From an uncultured Alphaproteobacteria bacterium (lineage in GTDB: Bacteria; Pseudomonadota; Alphaproteobacteria; RF32; CAG-239): a stretch of DNA of 64,000 nt. The notes beneath the pieces were generated by a model, which saw only the letters and a program-made list of their open reading frames with translations, ran no database searches and had not been told where the DNA came from. The first letter of the stretch is position 1. Every line of letters starts with the position of its first letter. This document shows positions 22,307 to 31,101 of the stretch, in pieces. The stretch covers positions 245,250 to 309,249 of the forward strand of contig CAKQLF010000001.1 of the NCBI GenBank assembly GCA_934254585.1, in the 5' to 3' direction. Both the position numbers and the translations under genes were made by a program.

Positions 22307-22335
22307 TTGACCTTATGAAAAAATACAAGTATATA
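22307..22335 (+). promoter_or_regulatory. Sigma70-like promoter for tRNA-Glu
   Basis: TTGACC, 17-nt spacer, TATATA, about 20 nt upstream of the tRNA 5' end. Confidence 0.4.
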
Positions 22336-22355
22336 TGCGTATGTTCTTAATGAAT

Positions 22356-22430
22356 GGTCCCATCGTCTAATGGTTAGGACATCACCCTTTCACGGTGGCA
22401 ATATGGGTTCGAGTCCCGTTGGGATCACCA
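22356..22430 (+). tRNA. tRNA-Glu (anticodon UUC)
   Basis: 75-nt cloverleaf. Acceptor GGTCCCA/TGGGATC, anticodon loop CTTTCAC, T-loop GGTTCGAGTCC, encoded CCA. The overlapping ORF 22395..22805 is spurious. Confidence 0.85.
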
Positions 22431-22543
22431 ATACAAACGGCAGGCAGTAAAAAGCCTGCTTTTTCTTTTATTTCCAAGTACTTATGCGAGTTCGAATCTT
22501 TGTTTTTTGAAAACTGCGATTTTGGGAAGTTTTTCCGAACTCG
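22424..22543. repeat. Direct repeat copy 0 (tRNA 3' end plus flank; att-like), tRNA-proximal
   Basis: atcaccaatacaaacggcagg...ctttatttccaag...cgagttcgaa...tttgaaaactgcgattttggg...ccgaactcg. Contains a terminator hairpin (22436-22463) and a cgagttcg/cgaactcg inverted repeat. Confidence 0.7.
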
Positions 22544-22689
22544 CTTGCGCAAGTTTCTTTGTTTTTCAGTATATTACACAAGTTCACATCCGGTTAGGTC
22601 TTTGGGATACTTTTTTATCATCAATCAGATTAGAAGCCAGCTAACAAGAAAAGTTCTTGACCTTGACGACAAATTATTTTTTATACAAC

Positions 22690-22860
22690 CTCTGCAAATT
22701 TTAGCAGGGGTTCAGCTTCGAGCCACCATACCCAGCCCGCCATTCCGGTACTCTCCGGTCGGGATATGCCTACCTACCAGCCCACACTGGCTAGGCTTAA
22801 AATGACTAACAAAAGTTGGAAGAGGCCTTTACGTGCGAAGGCCTTAAAATGGCTTTGGCG
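22690..22860 (+). other. GC-rich structured segment downstream of a duplicated promoter-like element; candidate small RNA
   Basis: Local GC is far above the surrounding island. Hairpin-prone strings (ccggtactctccgg, ccagcc...ggctagg). Preceded by TTGACC/TTGACG promoter-like copy. Confidence 0.25.
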
Positions 22861-24398
22861 TTTTCAGTAGGATTTTATAACTTCTTTTCTTAAGCTAAAA
22901 AAATTGCTTGTTATGATTTAATGACATCGATGTCACTTAATGGATATTGATTAACCTTTAACATCCAAGTTTTAAAGGTTGGCTTTTTCTTTATAATACA
23001 TCTCAAAATATTAAAAGTAAGCAAAAAAAAATATACTATTTGGAAATTTATTTTATCAAATCTGAACAAGTAGACAATTCTAGAAATAAAAAGTTGGAGA
23101 ATTGCTCATGCGAAAAAAACAGAAAATAACCTCAAAAAAGAAGAGCCAACGCAGCTTCAGAGCTTTTATTTCCATAGTTAAATGGTATAAAAATAAATTT
23201 GATGTCGCACTCTATATTAGTAATATATATGGAAATGAGTGTTAAAAGAAAGAAGTCAACATTCGTAAATTACCTTTATGGAGAGATATAACAAATATTC
23301 AAAAACTGGCGTATTTTTTTTATTTTATGGCAGAAACAAAAAAATTCACAAATGTTAAACCATTTACATTAGACTTCAGTAAACAATTTAGAGATTGGTA
23401 TAACAAGTTAATATACAAAAAGCTAAAAGCAGTCATCATCAAAAGAATATATGGTAACCTTGATTATGTCATTCAATCACATAATAAACCTATGATGTCC
23501 TTTATACTTGAAAATAAACATAAGAATAAAAGAAAAGATATAAATGATAAATAGACTCATATACACGGGATTAGAGAAGTCTTTGATGAAGATATTGATA
23601 GTAAAGTCAGATTAGCATTAAAGACATCGGTTTGTAATGGTAAGAAAGAATATAAAGGAACCAAATACAAAAATATGCTCCAAACTAAAAAAGGATATGA
23701 TAAAAATGGTGCAAACGGTTGGTTATGGTATCTTAATAAAGGTGCTTGTTCCAATAATGGTTTGTATATATCTAAATCTCTTCTTGAAAAAATACGTGAT
23801 GACTACAACCTGCTTTATAAAGAATATAAATCAGACGTTAAAAATTTAAAAGATCATGGTATCAAGATTAAATACATCAATTTATAAGCTATATGACAGG
23901 AATCGTATATAAATTGTTTTTATCCATAAATGGTTTAATTCTGTAAATCTTAATCAAAACCCCCACATAAACAAGCCTAAATCAGCCCATAACAAGCCGC
24001 TTAATGAAAATCTGAGTAAACCTATACCAAATAAAACGGCTGAGTCCAGAAATCAAAAAACAAGATATTTAACCTTGTGCCCTTGAGGGCAAGAGGTTGC
24101 TTTAAAAGTTCGTGACGTTAATGACAAGTTATTTTTACAACCTTTGACATAAGCTTGTTAAAAGTTCTTCTTCGCAAATTAGAAACGGAAAAATAATTAA
24201 AAAAATGGTTTTACTTTGCCATAGAATCACGACATTAAGTATATATCAAAAGAAATTGATAGTTATAACACATTGTAAATAGGTATTATTATGTTTATTA
24301 GCTCATAAATAACCCGTGGACTCAAGAATTGCTTTTTCATAATAAACCTATACCAAAAGCAAAATCGTTATCCACTGGCCAAAATATGAGATTTATGG

Positions 24399-24749
24399 TT
24401 AGTATTCCTCTGCCAACATAATTGTCATAACTCTGTTGGTTATATTTGGATTGCTTGGATTCTCTGATAAGTATTGATAATTCTTGTCATAGTAATCTAT
24501 TTTGAAGTAAATTGTCTCGCCGTTATAATCAAAACTTCCGAAGTCATGTTCGCCATGAGGATCGTTAGCTTTAGTAAAATGATTAAACTGTCTGACTTCT
24601 GATAAGATTTTTGCAATATCATCTTGTGATTTAGCATTTATACCAGCAGTTAACATTACTCTTCCACCGGTAAAGGTTTGTCGGAAGTTGTCATTTAAGG
24701 TTTTAACATCTGTCATAACACACCTCTTAGGCAGACATTTCAGAAGCAA
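24399..24749 (-). CDS. DUF3768-family protein (plasmid/ICE-associated)
   Basis: Motifs NDNFRQTFTGGRVMLTAGI and DPHGEHDFGSFDYNGETIYFKIDYYD match the DUF3768 family seen on alphaproteobacterial plasmids. Probable start at the internal MTDV. Confidence 0.55.
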   Translation of the reverse strand: MLLKCLPKRCVMTDVKTLNDNFRQTFTGGRVMLTAGINAKSQDDIAKILSEVRQFNHFTKANDPHGEHDFGSFDYNGETIYFKIDYYDKNYQYLSENPSNPNITNRVMTIMLAEEY

Positions 24750-24984
24750 GAAACATTTTGAATTTTCTCAAAGCCTGACGAACAGAGGTATGGCTTCTTT
24801 TGCCATAGCTTGATTTTTCACTGGCTGTTTCATATTGAGGCAGGATAGAAGAAATGTTTTCAACTAGATAAGCAAGTGAAAATTTCTCTTTTCTACAAAG
24901 CCCTTCTATCCGCCCATGATAATCCAAAGCAGTTGTTGGTTTATAGTTTTGCTCCAAGAGCCAGTTTTCAAATTGTTTCAACAT
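24727..24984 (-). pseudogene. Possible truncated tyrosine-recombinase N-terminal (SAM-like core-binding) domain remnant
   Basis: 85 aa; F..WL...Y.PTT...Y...I and a C-terminal ALRKFKMFL pattern like integrase N-termini. No catalytic domain follows. Confidence 0.25.
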
Positions 24985-25287
24985 CTCGGCTCTCCTTATA
25001 AACTGACAATTTCAGTTATCACAGCGCAGCCGCGAGCCTTTTCAACCTCACAGGCATTCATCGCATCACGTAGATACCAATAAATCGTCGGCGTCAAGAT
25101 TCCATTCACTTTAATTTGATATATAATCAATCTCCTTTGGGTTATTAACTATGTATATTATGCCGTGAATTTTCCCATCCGCGAGCCCGTAAAACTCACC
25201 GCGTTGGTAACATTTTGCTACGATTGAGATATTTAACAAATCAAATAAAAATTTTAATAATGAAATACACAATTGATATGATTAATT

Positions 25288-26397
25288 TTAATCATTTTCA
25301 TAATCAATTTCTTCAAAACGCAAATTTGTATCATCAATATAATATGTGACATACTTAATCTTGCAAATATAAGTTTCATTAAATTTCTTTAAGGCTTCAA
25401 TACTTTTTAGGTATCTTTTTGTTTTCCTGTTTGTTTTTTTAACAATAATTGTAGGCTCTATTATATCTGGAATCGGCTGAAAATATTGTTTAATCCAACG
25501 TAAATATCTTCCGATTTGCTCTGTTATCTCGGGATAAATAGTTGTTGATTTCAATTCCATAGGTATTAATATTCTTTTATTAGTTTCTGCATTTGTAGCC
25601 ATTAACATAATATCAATCCGCCGCATACCAACGCCACACATTACTTCATTACCTAACCACTCCATTCTGCTATTATTTAAAAAGATTTCCTTCAACTCTG
25701 AATCAGCATCAATAGACTGAGTTATATATGTTTGCAAAAAAGCTTCATAAGCGTAACTGGTATATATCAATTTGCGTTTCACATTGATAGGGTGTGAAAA
25801 TTCTAAGTTATACTGGCTTCGCACACCCTCTATTATGGTTTTACTGTTTTGATCATATGAAAATTGCGAAAAAGCAAGAGGTATATTATCATTTTTAGAG
25901 CTAATCATATCAATTAATCGTTTTGACTCAGCTGGAGTTATCATTGTATTACCCCTATTACCATCTAGCTTTCTATAAATCAACGACCATAAAATATCAT
26001 TAGGTTTTTCAACTCCATCTAAATTATCCAAAGCTTCCCATTCAGTTACTCCTTTGGCGAAAACTATATCAGGCTCTAATAAAACACGAAAAGTAAGTTT
26101 TTTAGACAATTCTGGTGTTGCTTGGGATTTGGGATCAATAAAGCATCTATCTTTTGCTTGAAATACGCCATAAAAATGACCTTTACCCAATTCTCCAGTA
26201 CAATAGAAAATAATTTTATCTCCTTTGCGTATTCGCGCAGAATCCGCCATCATACCAACCAAATTTTGGGCAACCTTTTGATTTTCCGCTGTATCATTAA
26301 ATTCTACATCTAAATCTCTAGCTCCTGTGCCAGCAAACATATACTTTAAATGTAACGGGAAAGTTTTTTCATTTACAATAAAAACATGTGTGGTCAT
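25288..26397 (-). CDS. Putative restriction endonuclease (C-terminal PD-(D/E)xK-like motif) with N-terminal PUA/EVE-like barrel
   Basis: 369 aa, last gene of the MTase operon. RIDIML...IPMELK fits D...ExK. N-terminal GDKIIFY...GHFYGVFQ resembles PUA-like/EVE folds. Not recognisably DpnII/MboI-like. Confidence 0.4.
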   Translation of the reverse strand: MTTHVFIVNEKTFPLHLKYMFAGTGARDLDVEFNDTAENQKVAQNLVGMMADSARIRKGDKIIFYCTGELGKGHFYGVFQAKDRCFIDPKSQATPELSKKLTFRVLLEPDIVFAKGVTEWEALDNLDGVEKPNDILWSLIYRKLDGNRGNTMITPAESKRLIDMISSKNDNIPLAFSQFSYDQNSKTIIEGVRSQYNLEFSHPINVKRKLIYTSYAYEAFLQTYITQSIDADSELKEIFLNNSRMEWLGNEVMCGVGMRRIDIMLMATNAETNKRILIPMELKSTTIYPEITEQIGRYLRWIKQYFQPIPDIIEPTIIVKKTNRKTKRYLKSIEALKKFNETYICKIKYVTYYIDDTNLRFEEIDYEND

Positions 26398-26408
26398 AGT
26401 CTATATGC

Positions 26409-27209
26409 TCATTTCCTAAATAAAAATATATACTCGTGCTTAAACAAATACAAACCATTAGATAATGCTCTATACCGCCATAAAGCTTGCTGATTTTGTT
26501 TACCTTTAGTTGTGTCAAAATTTTTAACAATTATTGATTTAAGTTTCAGTTTTTCTCTCTGTGCTGCTTGCATTGCGTAAAAACCTAATGGAACAATTTC
26601 ACCATTAGCATACTTATCACCAATGACAATTACAAGGTATCTCCCTTTTGCTAAAACCTCTACACTTTTCTTTATTATTAGCTGAAACCTCTCAATAAAA
26701 TCTACCAATGTTTTGGAATTACTAAGGTTATCCTCATCTTGTCCAAATTTTATAATATCCCAATAAGGAGGATGCAAGATAACGAGCTGCACCTCTTTAA
26801 GATTATGATTATTTAATTCTTGCATATAGTTAATCTTTAAACTATCGCCACATACAAGAGAGGCTTCTGCTTTACAACCTTCATCTAAAAATCTTGCAGC
26901 ATTATCAAGTGCTTGTTGAGTTTGAAGACATGTATCTTGATTTATTTCAAAACCAAGAGCATTACGATTAAGTCGCCTTGCTTCAATTAAGGTTGTTCCT
27001 CCTCCTGCAAATGGATCTAAAACCCAATCCCCAGCTTTTGTATATCTCATAATAAACTGGTAAGGAATCTGAGGAACAAAATTTCCCCAAAAACCATTTT
27101 TATGTCCATGCTCATTATCTCTTTTATCAATAAGCCATAATGAATCAGTCCAGATATCTGTTAGATTTTTCCAATTATGTAAATCAAGCTCATTTATCTT
27201 ATTCATCAA
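26409..27209 (-). CDS. DNA N6-adenine/N4-cytosine methyltransferase (N6_N4_Mtase family), second MTase of the locus
   Basis: Motif I DPFAGGGTT and motif IV HPPY. Its start overlaps the Dam-like MTase stop by 4 nt. Confidence 0.7.
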   Translation of the reverse strand: MMNKINELDLHNWKNLTDIWTDSLWLIDKRDNEHGHKNGFWGNFVPQIPYQFIMRYTKAGDWVLDPFAGGGTTLIEARRLNRNALGFEINQDTCLQTQQALDNAARFLDEGCKAEASLVCGDSLKINYMQELNNHNLKEVQLVILHPPYWDIIKFGQDEDNLSNSKTLVDFIERFQLIIKKSVEVLAKGRYLVIVIGDKYANGEIVPLGFYAMQAAQREKLKLKSIIVKNFDTTKGKQNQQALWRYRALSNGLYLFKHEYIFLFRK

Positions 27210-28195
27210 TTTTTCTTCAGTATATGTAAATACTCAATAGTTTTATCAGCTAAATAACTCCTATTAGCATCAGCTTTAAAGCGTTGATAATCTTTTGTTG
27301 CTAAGGAATATTCACCATATTTGTTCATTGTAGATTTTATATCATCAACAGACATCAAACCTTCATTATTATAACTTAAAAAAATATATTTAAATTTGGC
27401 ATTTTTTATCAAATCATCAAAACTATCTAAAACTTTATCTCTTTTACAATATAATGAACGACTATAATCTCTGAGCCCTGTTTTACCTTTAGGCTGAAAT
27501 TTATCATACAAAGCTATTGTATTAAGTAAATGATAATTGGCTCCATATTGTCGTTCATTATACGGAGGATCCAGATACAAAATATCACCTTGAATATGTT
27601 TAATAAGTTGATTGGCATCCTCGCAATATACTTGGTGGTCATGGTCATTTATCTGATATAAAGCAGGCTCCAAATTTAATGATTTTTGAGCAGATTTCTT
27701 TAATTTTTTCAAGAATGCACCATATACAGATGCCGTATTTGCAACTCTATCTGCGCTTTCCAATAATGATGCAAGTAAAAAGTAATATTGATTATCTGAA
27801 ATTTTGGCTGTATCTTTCCATACTTGTATTTTATTTCTTATTGCATCAATTTTTTTGCCATTTTCATCAGAAAAATATTGCCGCCCAGAACCACTTCCTA
27901 AACAATAATTATTAAAGATAAAACCTTCTACACCTTCAAGGCTCATCAAATCAGATATTAACTTCTGGTAATCCATAGCCAAATGATTGCCTATATAGTT
28001 ACGATTTAATATATAGCTATATCGTTCAATATCATTAGAAATTATCTGTTTTGTTTTTAATTTGAAATAACGACCAACGATACCTGTTCCTGCAAATAAA
28101 TCACAAAAAACACATGATTTAATATCATTTACGACACGAGATATATTATCATCTAAAAAAGAAAGTAATTTATATTTTGATCCGATATAGTTCAT
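27206..28195 (-). CDS. Dam-family (D12 class, alpha) N6-adenine DNA methyltransferase
   Basis: MNYIGSKYKLL (Dam N-terminal), FAGTG motif I and LDPPY motif IV. Arrangement is like DpnM/MboIA. Confidence 0.8.
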   Translation of the reverse strand: MNYIGSKYKLLSFLDDNISRVVNDIKSCVFCDLFAGTGIVGRYFKLKTKQIISNDIERYSYILNRNYIGNHLAMDYQKLISDLMSLEGVEGFIFNNYCLGSGSGRQYFSDENGKKIDAIRNKIQVWKDTAKISDNQYYFLLASLLESADRVANTASVYGAFLKKLKKSAQKSLNLEPALYQINDHDHQVYCEDANQLIKHIQGDILYLDPPYNERQYGANYHLLNTIALYDKFQPKGKTGLRDYSRSLYCKRDKVLDSFDDLIKNAKFKYIFLSYNNEGLMSVDDIKSTMNKYGEYSLATKDYQRFKADANRSYLADKTIEYLHILKKN

Positions 28196-28258
28196 TGTTT
28201 ACCTTAATTTAAAATTCGATTTAATTTACATATAACGCATAAAAAAATCATTTGTAAA

Positions 28259-28897
28259 TCAAATTTCTCCTTTTCGAGCTTTTTTAATCACTTCTTTTCT
28301 GTATTCTACGGGATCATATTGATAGCATCCTTCACATCCGTAGTCATGCAACGATTTTCCACCTTTATAATAAGCCATTGGATTTCCGTCTAAGTTACGA
28401 GCATCCCAACGCTCTCCAGTTTCCATGCATTTTTTACAAATTTGCCTTTTGGCATCATTTGCAGCTTTTGTAAGAGGCTGAAAGTCATCAATTGTTTGGG
28501 TGCTTAAATCCGAAACGCGAAAATTGTTCTTTCTACCATCTTTGTGATCAATTTCAATTTTGATATTTTCAGAATTACCCCTAATTCCAAGCATTACGCA
28601 GTTTTTATCTTTATAATATTCTTTTATATCTGAACGAATTGTTTGATTAAATGACGCATCAGTATTAAGACCGATTGTTCTAACGGCATCAATAGAATTC
28701 CCCGACGTTTGAGTTTTATCAAATTCCAGCTTATACCTTTTAGCCAAAGTAGACTCTTTACGACACCAACTTCCTCCATTGCCAAGTTTTAATTCCCTGT
28801 ATTCTCCAACGAATTCTGCAACAGAAACCCAGCGGCTATATCCCTGTTCATTTGGTGATGCCAATTCTAAAAATAGTTCAGTTTTTGTTTTTTTCAT
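28259..28897 (-). CDS. Putative HNH/zinc-finger nuclease (candidate restriction or nicking endonuclease)
   Basis: 212 aa. EIDHKDGRKNN (HNH-like D-H...N-N) plus CxxC...CxxC pairs (ICKKC, GCEGC). First gene of the apparent R-M operon. Confidence 0.35.
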   Translation of the reverse strand: MKKTKTELFLELASPNEQGYSRWVSVAEFVGEYRELKLGNGGSWCRKESTLAKRYKLEFDKTQTSGNSIDAVRTIGLNTDASFNQTIRSDIKEYYKDKNCVMLGIRGNSENIKIEIDHKDGRKNNFRVSDLSTQTIDDFQPLTKAANDAKRQICKKCMETGERWDARNLDGNPMAYYKGGKSLHDYGCEGCYQYDPVEYRKEVIKKARKGEI

Positions 28898-29420
28898 AAA
28901 ATGACTCCTTTATTGAAAAGCTTATGTAAATAAAAACAAAAAAACAAGAAATCTTATTTTGTTATCTGCAACTTTTATCGTTTCAACCTTTAACTTGGCA
29001 ATGTCAAAGGTTACAAAATTTCATTTTTAATAAAATTTTTCAAATAATCTCAAAAAACTTTAGTAGAAATTCGCAAGCTTCATATTCTATAAAATATGAC
29101 AAATGCGTATAATCAACTCAAAAATGAGTTATCAATTCTCTATCCCGATGTTACGGATATTGAATTAAAAGAAATGGCAAGCAATCTGATTGATTTTTAT
29201 ACAACGGCTGTAAAAGCCGTTTTAGAAGATGATACAAAAGAATTTGTTACTGATGACAAAAACTCTTCTTCATAACCTTATTTATTTTGTAAATTAGGTT
29301 AATTGTTTGAAAAATCAGCAAAATATTAGCAATAAAGTCGTCAGAAACAGAAAATAACCGCTTACATTCCCAAAATAACGCGACATAATATTATTATGTA
29401 AAAACAAAGGAGTAATGAAT

Positions 29421-31004
29421 ATGGCTAAGAAATACAGATATGCTAAAGCTGCACCATGCGTTCAGGCTGTCATTTTTGCACGCGTATCTACCAAGGAACA
29501 AGAACCAGGGGGTTCTCTAAAGGCTCAGAAAGAAGCAATGGAAGATTATTGTAACAAAAAGGGACTTCCTATTGTTCAGAAATATAAAGCGGTTGAAAGT
29601 TCCACCAATGGCAAACGTACAAAATTCAATGAAATGTTAGACTTTGTAAAAAAGCAGAAACGCAAAACCGCGATTGTTGTCCATTGTATTGACCGTTTTC
29701 AAAGACGCTTCAATGAATGTGTGGAAGTTGAAGAAATATTATTAGATGACAAAACTGACCTGCATTTTTGCAAAGAAAGGTTAATTCTCACTAAAAATAG
29801 TCCGTCTTCTGATATTATGCGTTGGGATATGGGCATTTTATCCGGCAAAATGTATGTGGCAAATCTGCGAGATAATGTTAACAGAGGTATGAATTATAAC
29901 TGGTCGATTGGAAAATATCAGACAAAGGCTCCGGTTGGGTATTTGAATATTAACAAAGACATTATTGTTGATTCAGAACGTGCACCTTTAGTTAAAAAGA
30001 TGTTTGAGATGTATGCGACCGGACAATATTCCGTAAAACGCTTGCAAGAATTTGCCTCGGAAATGAATTTATGTTCTTCTCATTCTAAAACAAATAAACC
30101 ATTAGGACGAGAAACCATATATGCGATGTTAAAAAATCCGTTTTATTATGGTGAAATGGTAATCCGTGGTGAAATTATGCCACATGCTTATGAACCTCTT
30201 ATTTCAAAATCATTATATGATAAAGTTCAAGAAGTGCGTTCTGGTGGTAAAATACATACAAAAATGCGAGAATATGCCGGAATTCCTTTTGTGTTTCGCG
30301 GATTGATAAAATGTGCGGAATGTGACGGCACCATCTCATCAGAACAGCATTTTAAGAAAAGTGGCAGAAAATATACTTATTTGCGTTGTACACACTCAAA
30401 CGGTTGTTGTCATCAAGGTCTGGTTAGCGAAAACCTTTTATTACAACAACTTGATGATGAAGTTTTTAGTAAACTAAGACTTAGCAAGAATATTTTAGAG
30501 CCTCTGAAAAAATGCGTGCAGAAAAAATTGATTGAAGAATCCGAAGCAAATACCATTGTAAAACGCAAGATCTCCGTGGAATTAAACAATCTTGAAGCTA
30601 AAGAGAGACGGGTTAAGGATTCATTTTTTGACGGAGACATAACCAGAGAGGAATGGCAGGAAGAAAAAGCTATTATTGCCACCAAGAGGGAAGAATTACA
30701 ACGGACAGCTAAAAAATATGCCGATATTAGCAAAGATATTCAAGTAACTGTTAATGAAATTTTAGATATTGCGGCAACTGTTTCCGATATTATGAAAAAA
30801 GCTGATTCTACTCAGCAAAATAAATTGTTAAGTCTTATGCTCTCAGAATGTTATCTTGACGGTCAGAGACTAATTTATACGTTGAGAAAACCTTTTGACA
30901 AGCTGATTAACCTCAAAAATGCCAGTACCTGGTTTGATTTTGATAAATCAGACATCAAGGAATACAAAAACAGGACAGATAAAGTGGAGAGGTATAAGAA
31001 TTGA
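29421..31004 (+). CDS. Large serine recombinase (resolvase catalytic domain, recombinase domain, zinc ribbon, coiled coil)
   Basis: AVIFARVSTKEQE catalytic-serine motif. Cys-rich zinc ribbon (CAECDG...CTHSNGCC) and a C-terminal coiled coil. Opposite strand to the rest of the island. Start at 29421 has an aaggag RBS. Confidence 0.8.
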   Translation: MAKKYRYAKAAPCVQAVIFARVSTKEQEPGGSLKAQKEAMEDYCNKKGLPIVQKYKAVESSTNGKRTKFNEMLDFVKKQKRKTAIVVHCIDRFQRRFNECVEVEEILLDDKTDLHFCKERLILTKNSPSSDIMRWDMGILSGKMYVANLRDNVNRGMNYNWSIGKYQTKAPVGYLNINKDIIVDSERAPLVKKMFEMYATGQYSVKRLQEFASEMNLCSSHSKTNKPLGRETIYAMLKNPFYYGEMVIRGEIMPHAYEPLISKSLYDKVQEVRSGGKIHTKMREYAGIPFVFRGLIKCAECDGTISSEQHFKKSGRKYTYLRCTHSNGCCHQGLVSENLLLQQLDDEVFSKLRLSKNILEPLKKCVQKKLIEESEANTIVKRKISVELNNLEAKERRVKDSFFDGDITREEWQEEKAIIATKREELQRTAKKYADISKDIQVTVNEILDIAATVSDIMKKADSTQQNKLLSLMLSECYLDGQRLIYTLRKPFDKLINLKNASTWFDFDKSDIKEYKNRTDKVERYKN

Positions 31005-31101
31005 ACCAATACAGGTTACGCAAAATTTCAAAGCTAATGACGCTATGAAAATCAATTGTGCAAAAACGATAAGAATTTTCTATGTTAAGGAGTATGCAAA
31101 A

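Noticed and set aside
22395-22805. 136-aa plus-strand ORF starting inside tRNA-Glu and running through the att repeat and the GC-rich segment
   Set aside because: Begins within a tRNA gene and crosses a terminator hairpin; the composition is that of structured RNA/DNA, not coding.
25288-26397. Tried to match the 369-aa protein to DpnII/MboI endonuclease from memory
   Set aside because: No convincing shared motifs recalled; kept only the generic PD-(D/E)xK plus PUA-like description pending a real search.
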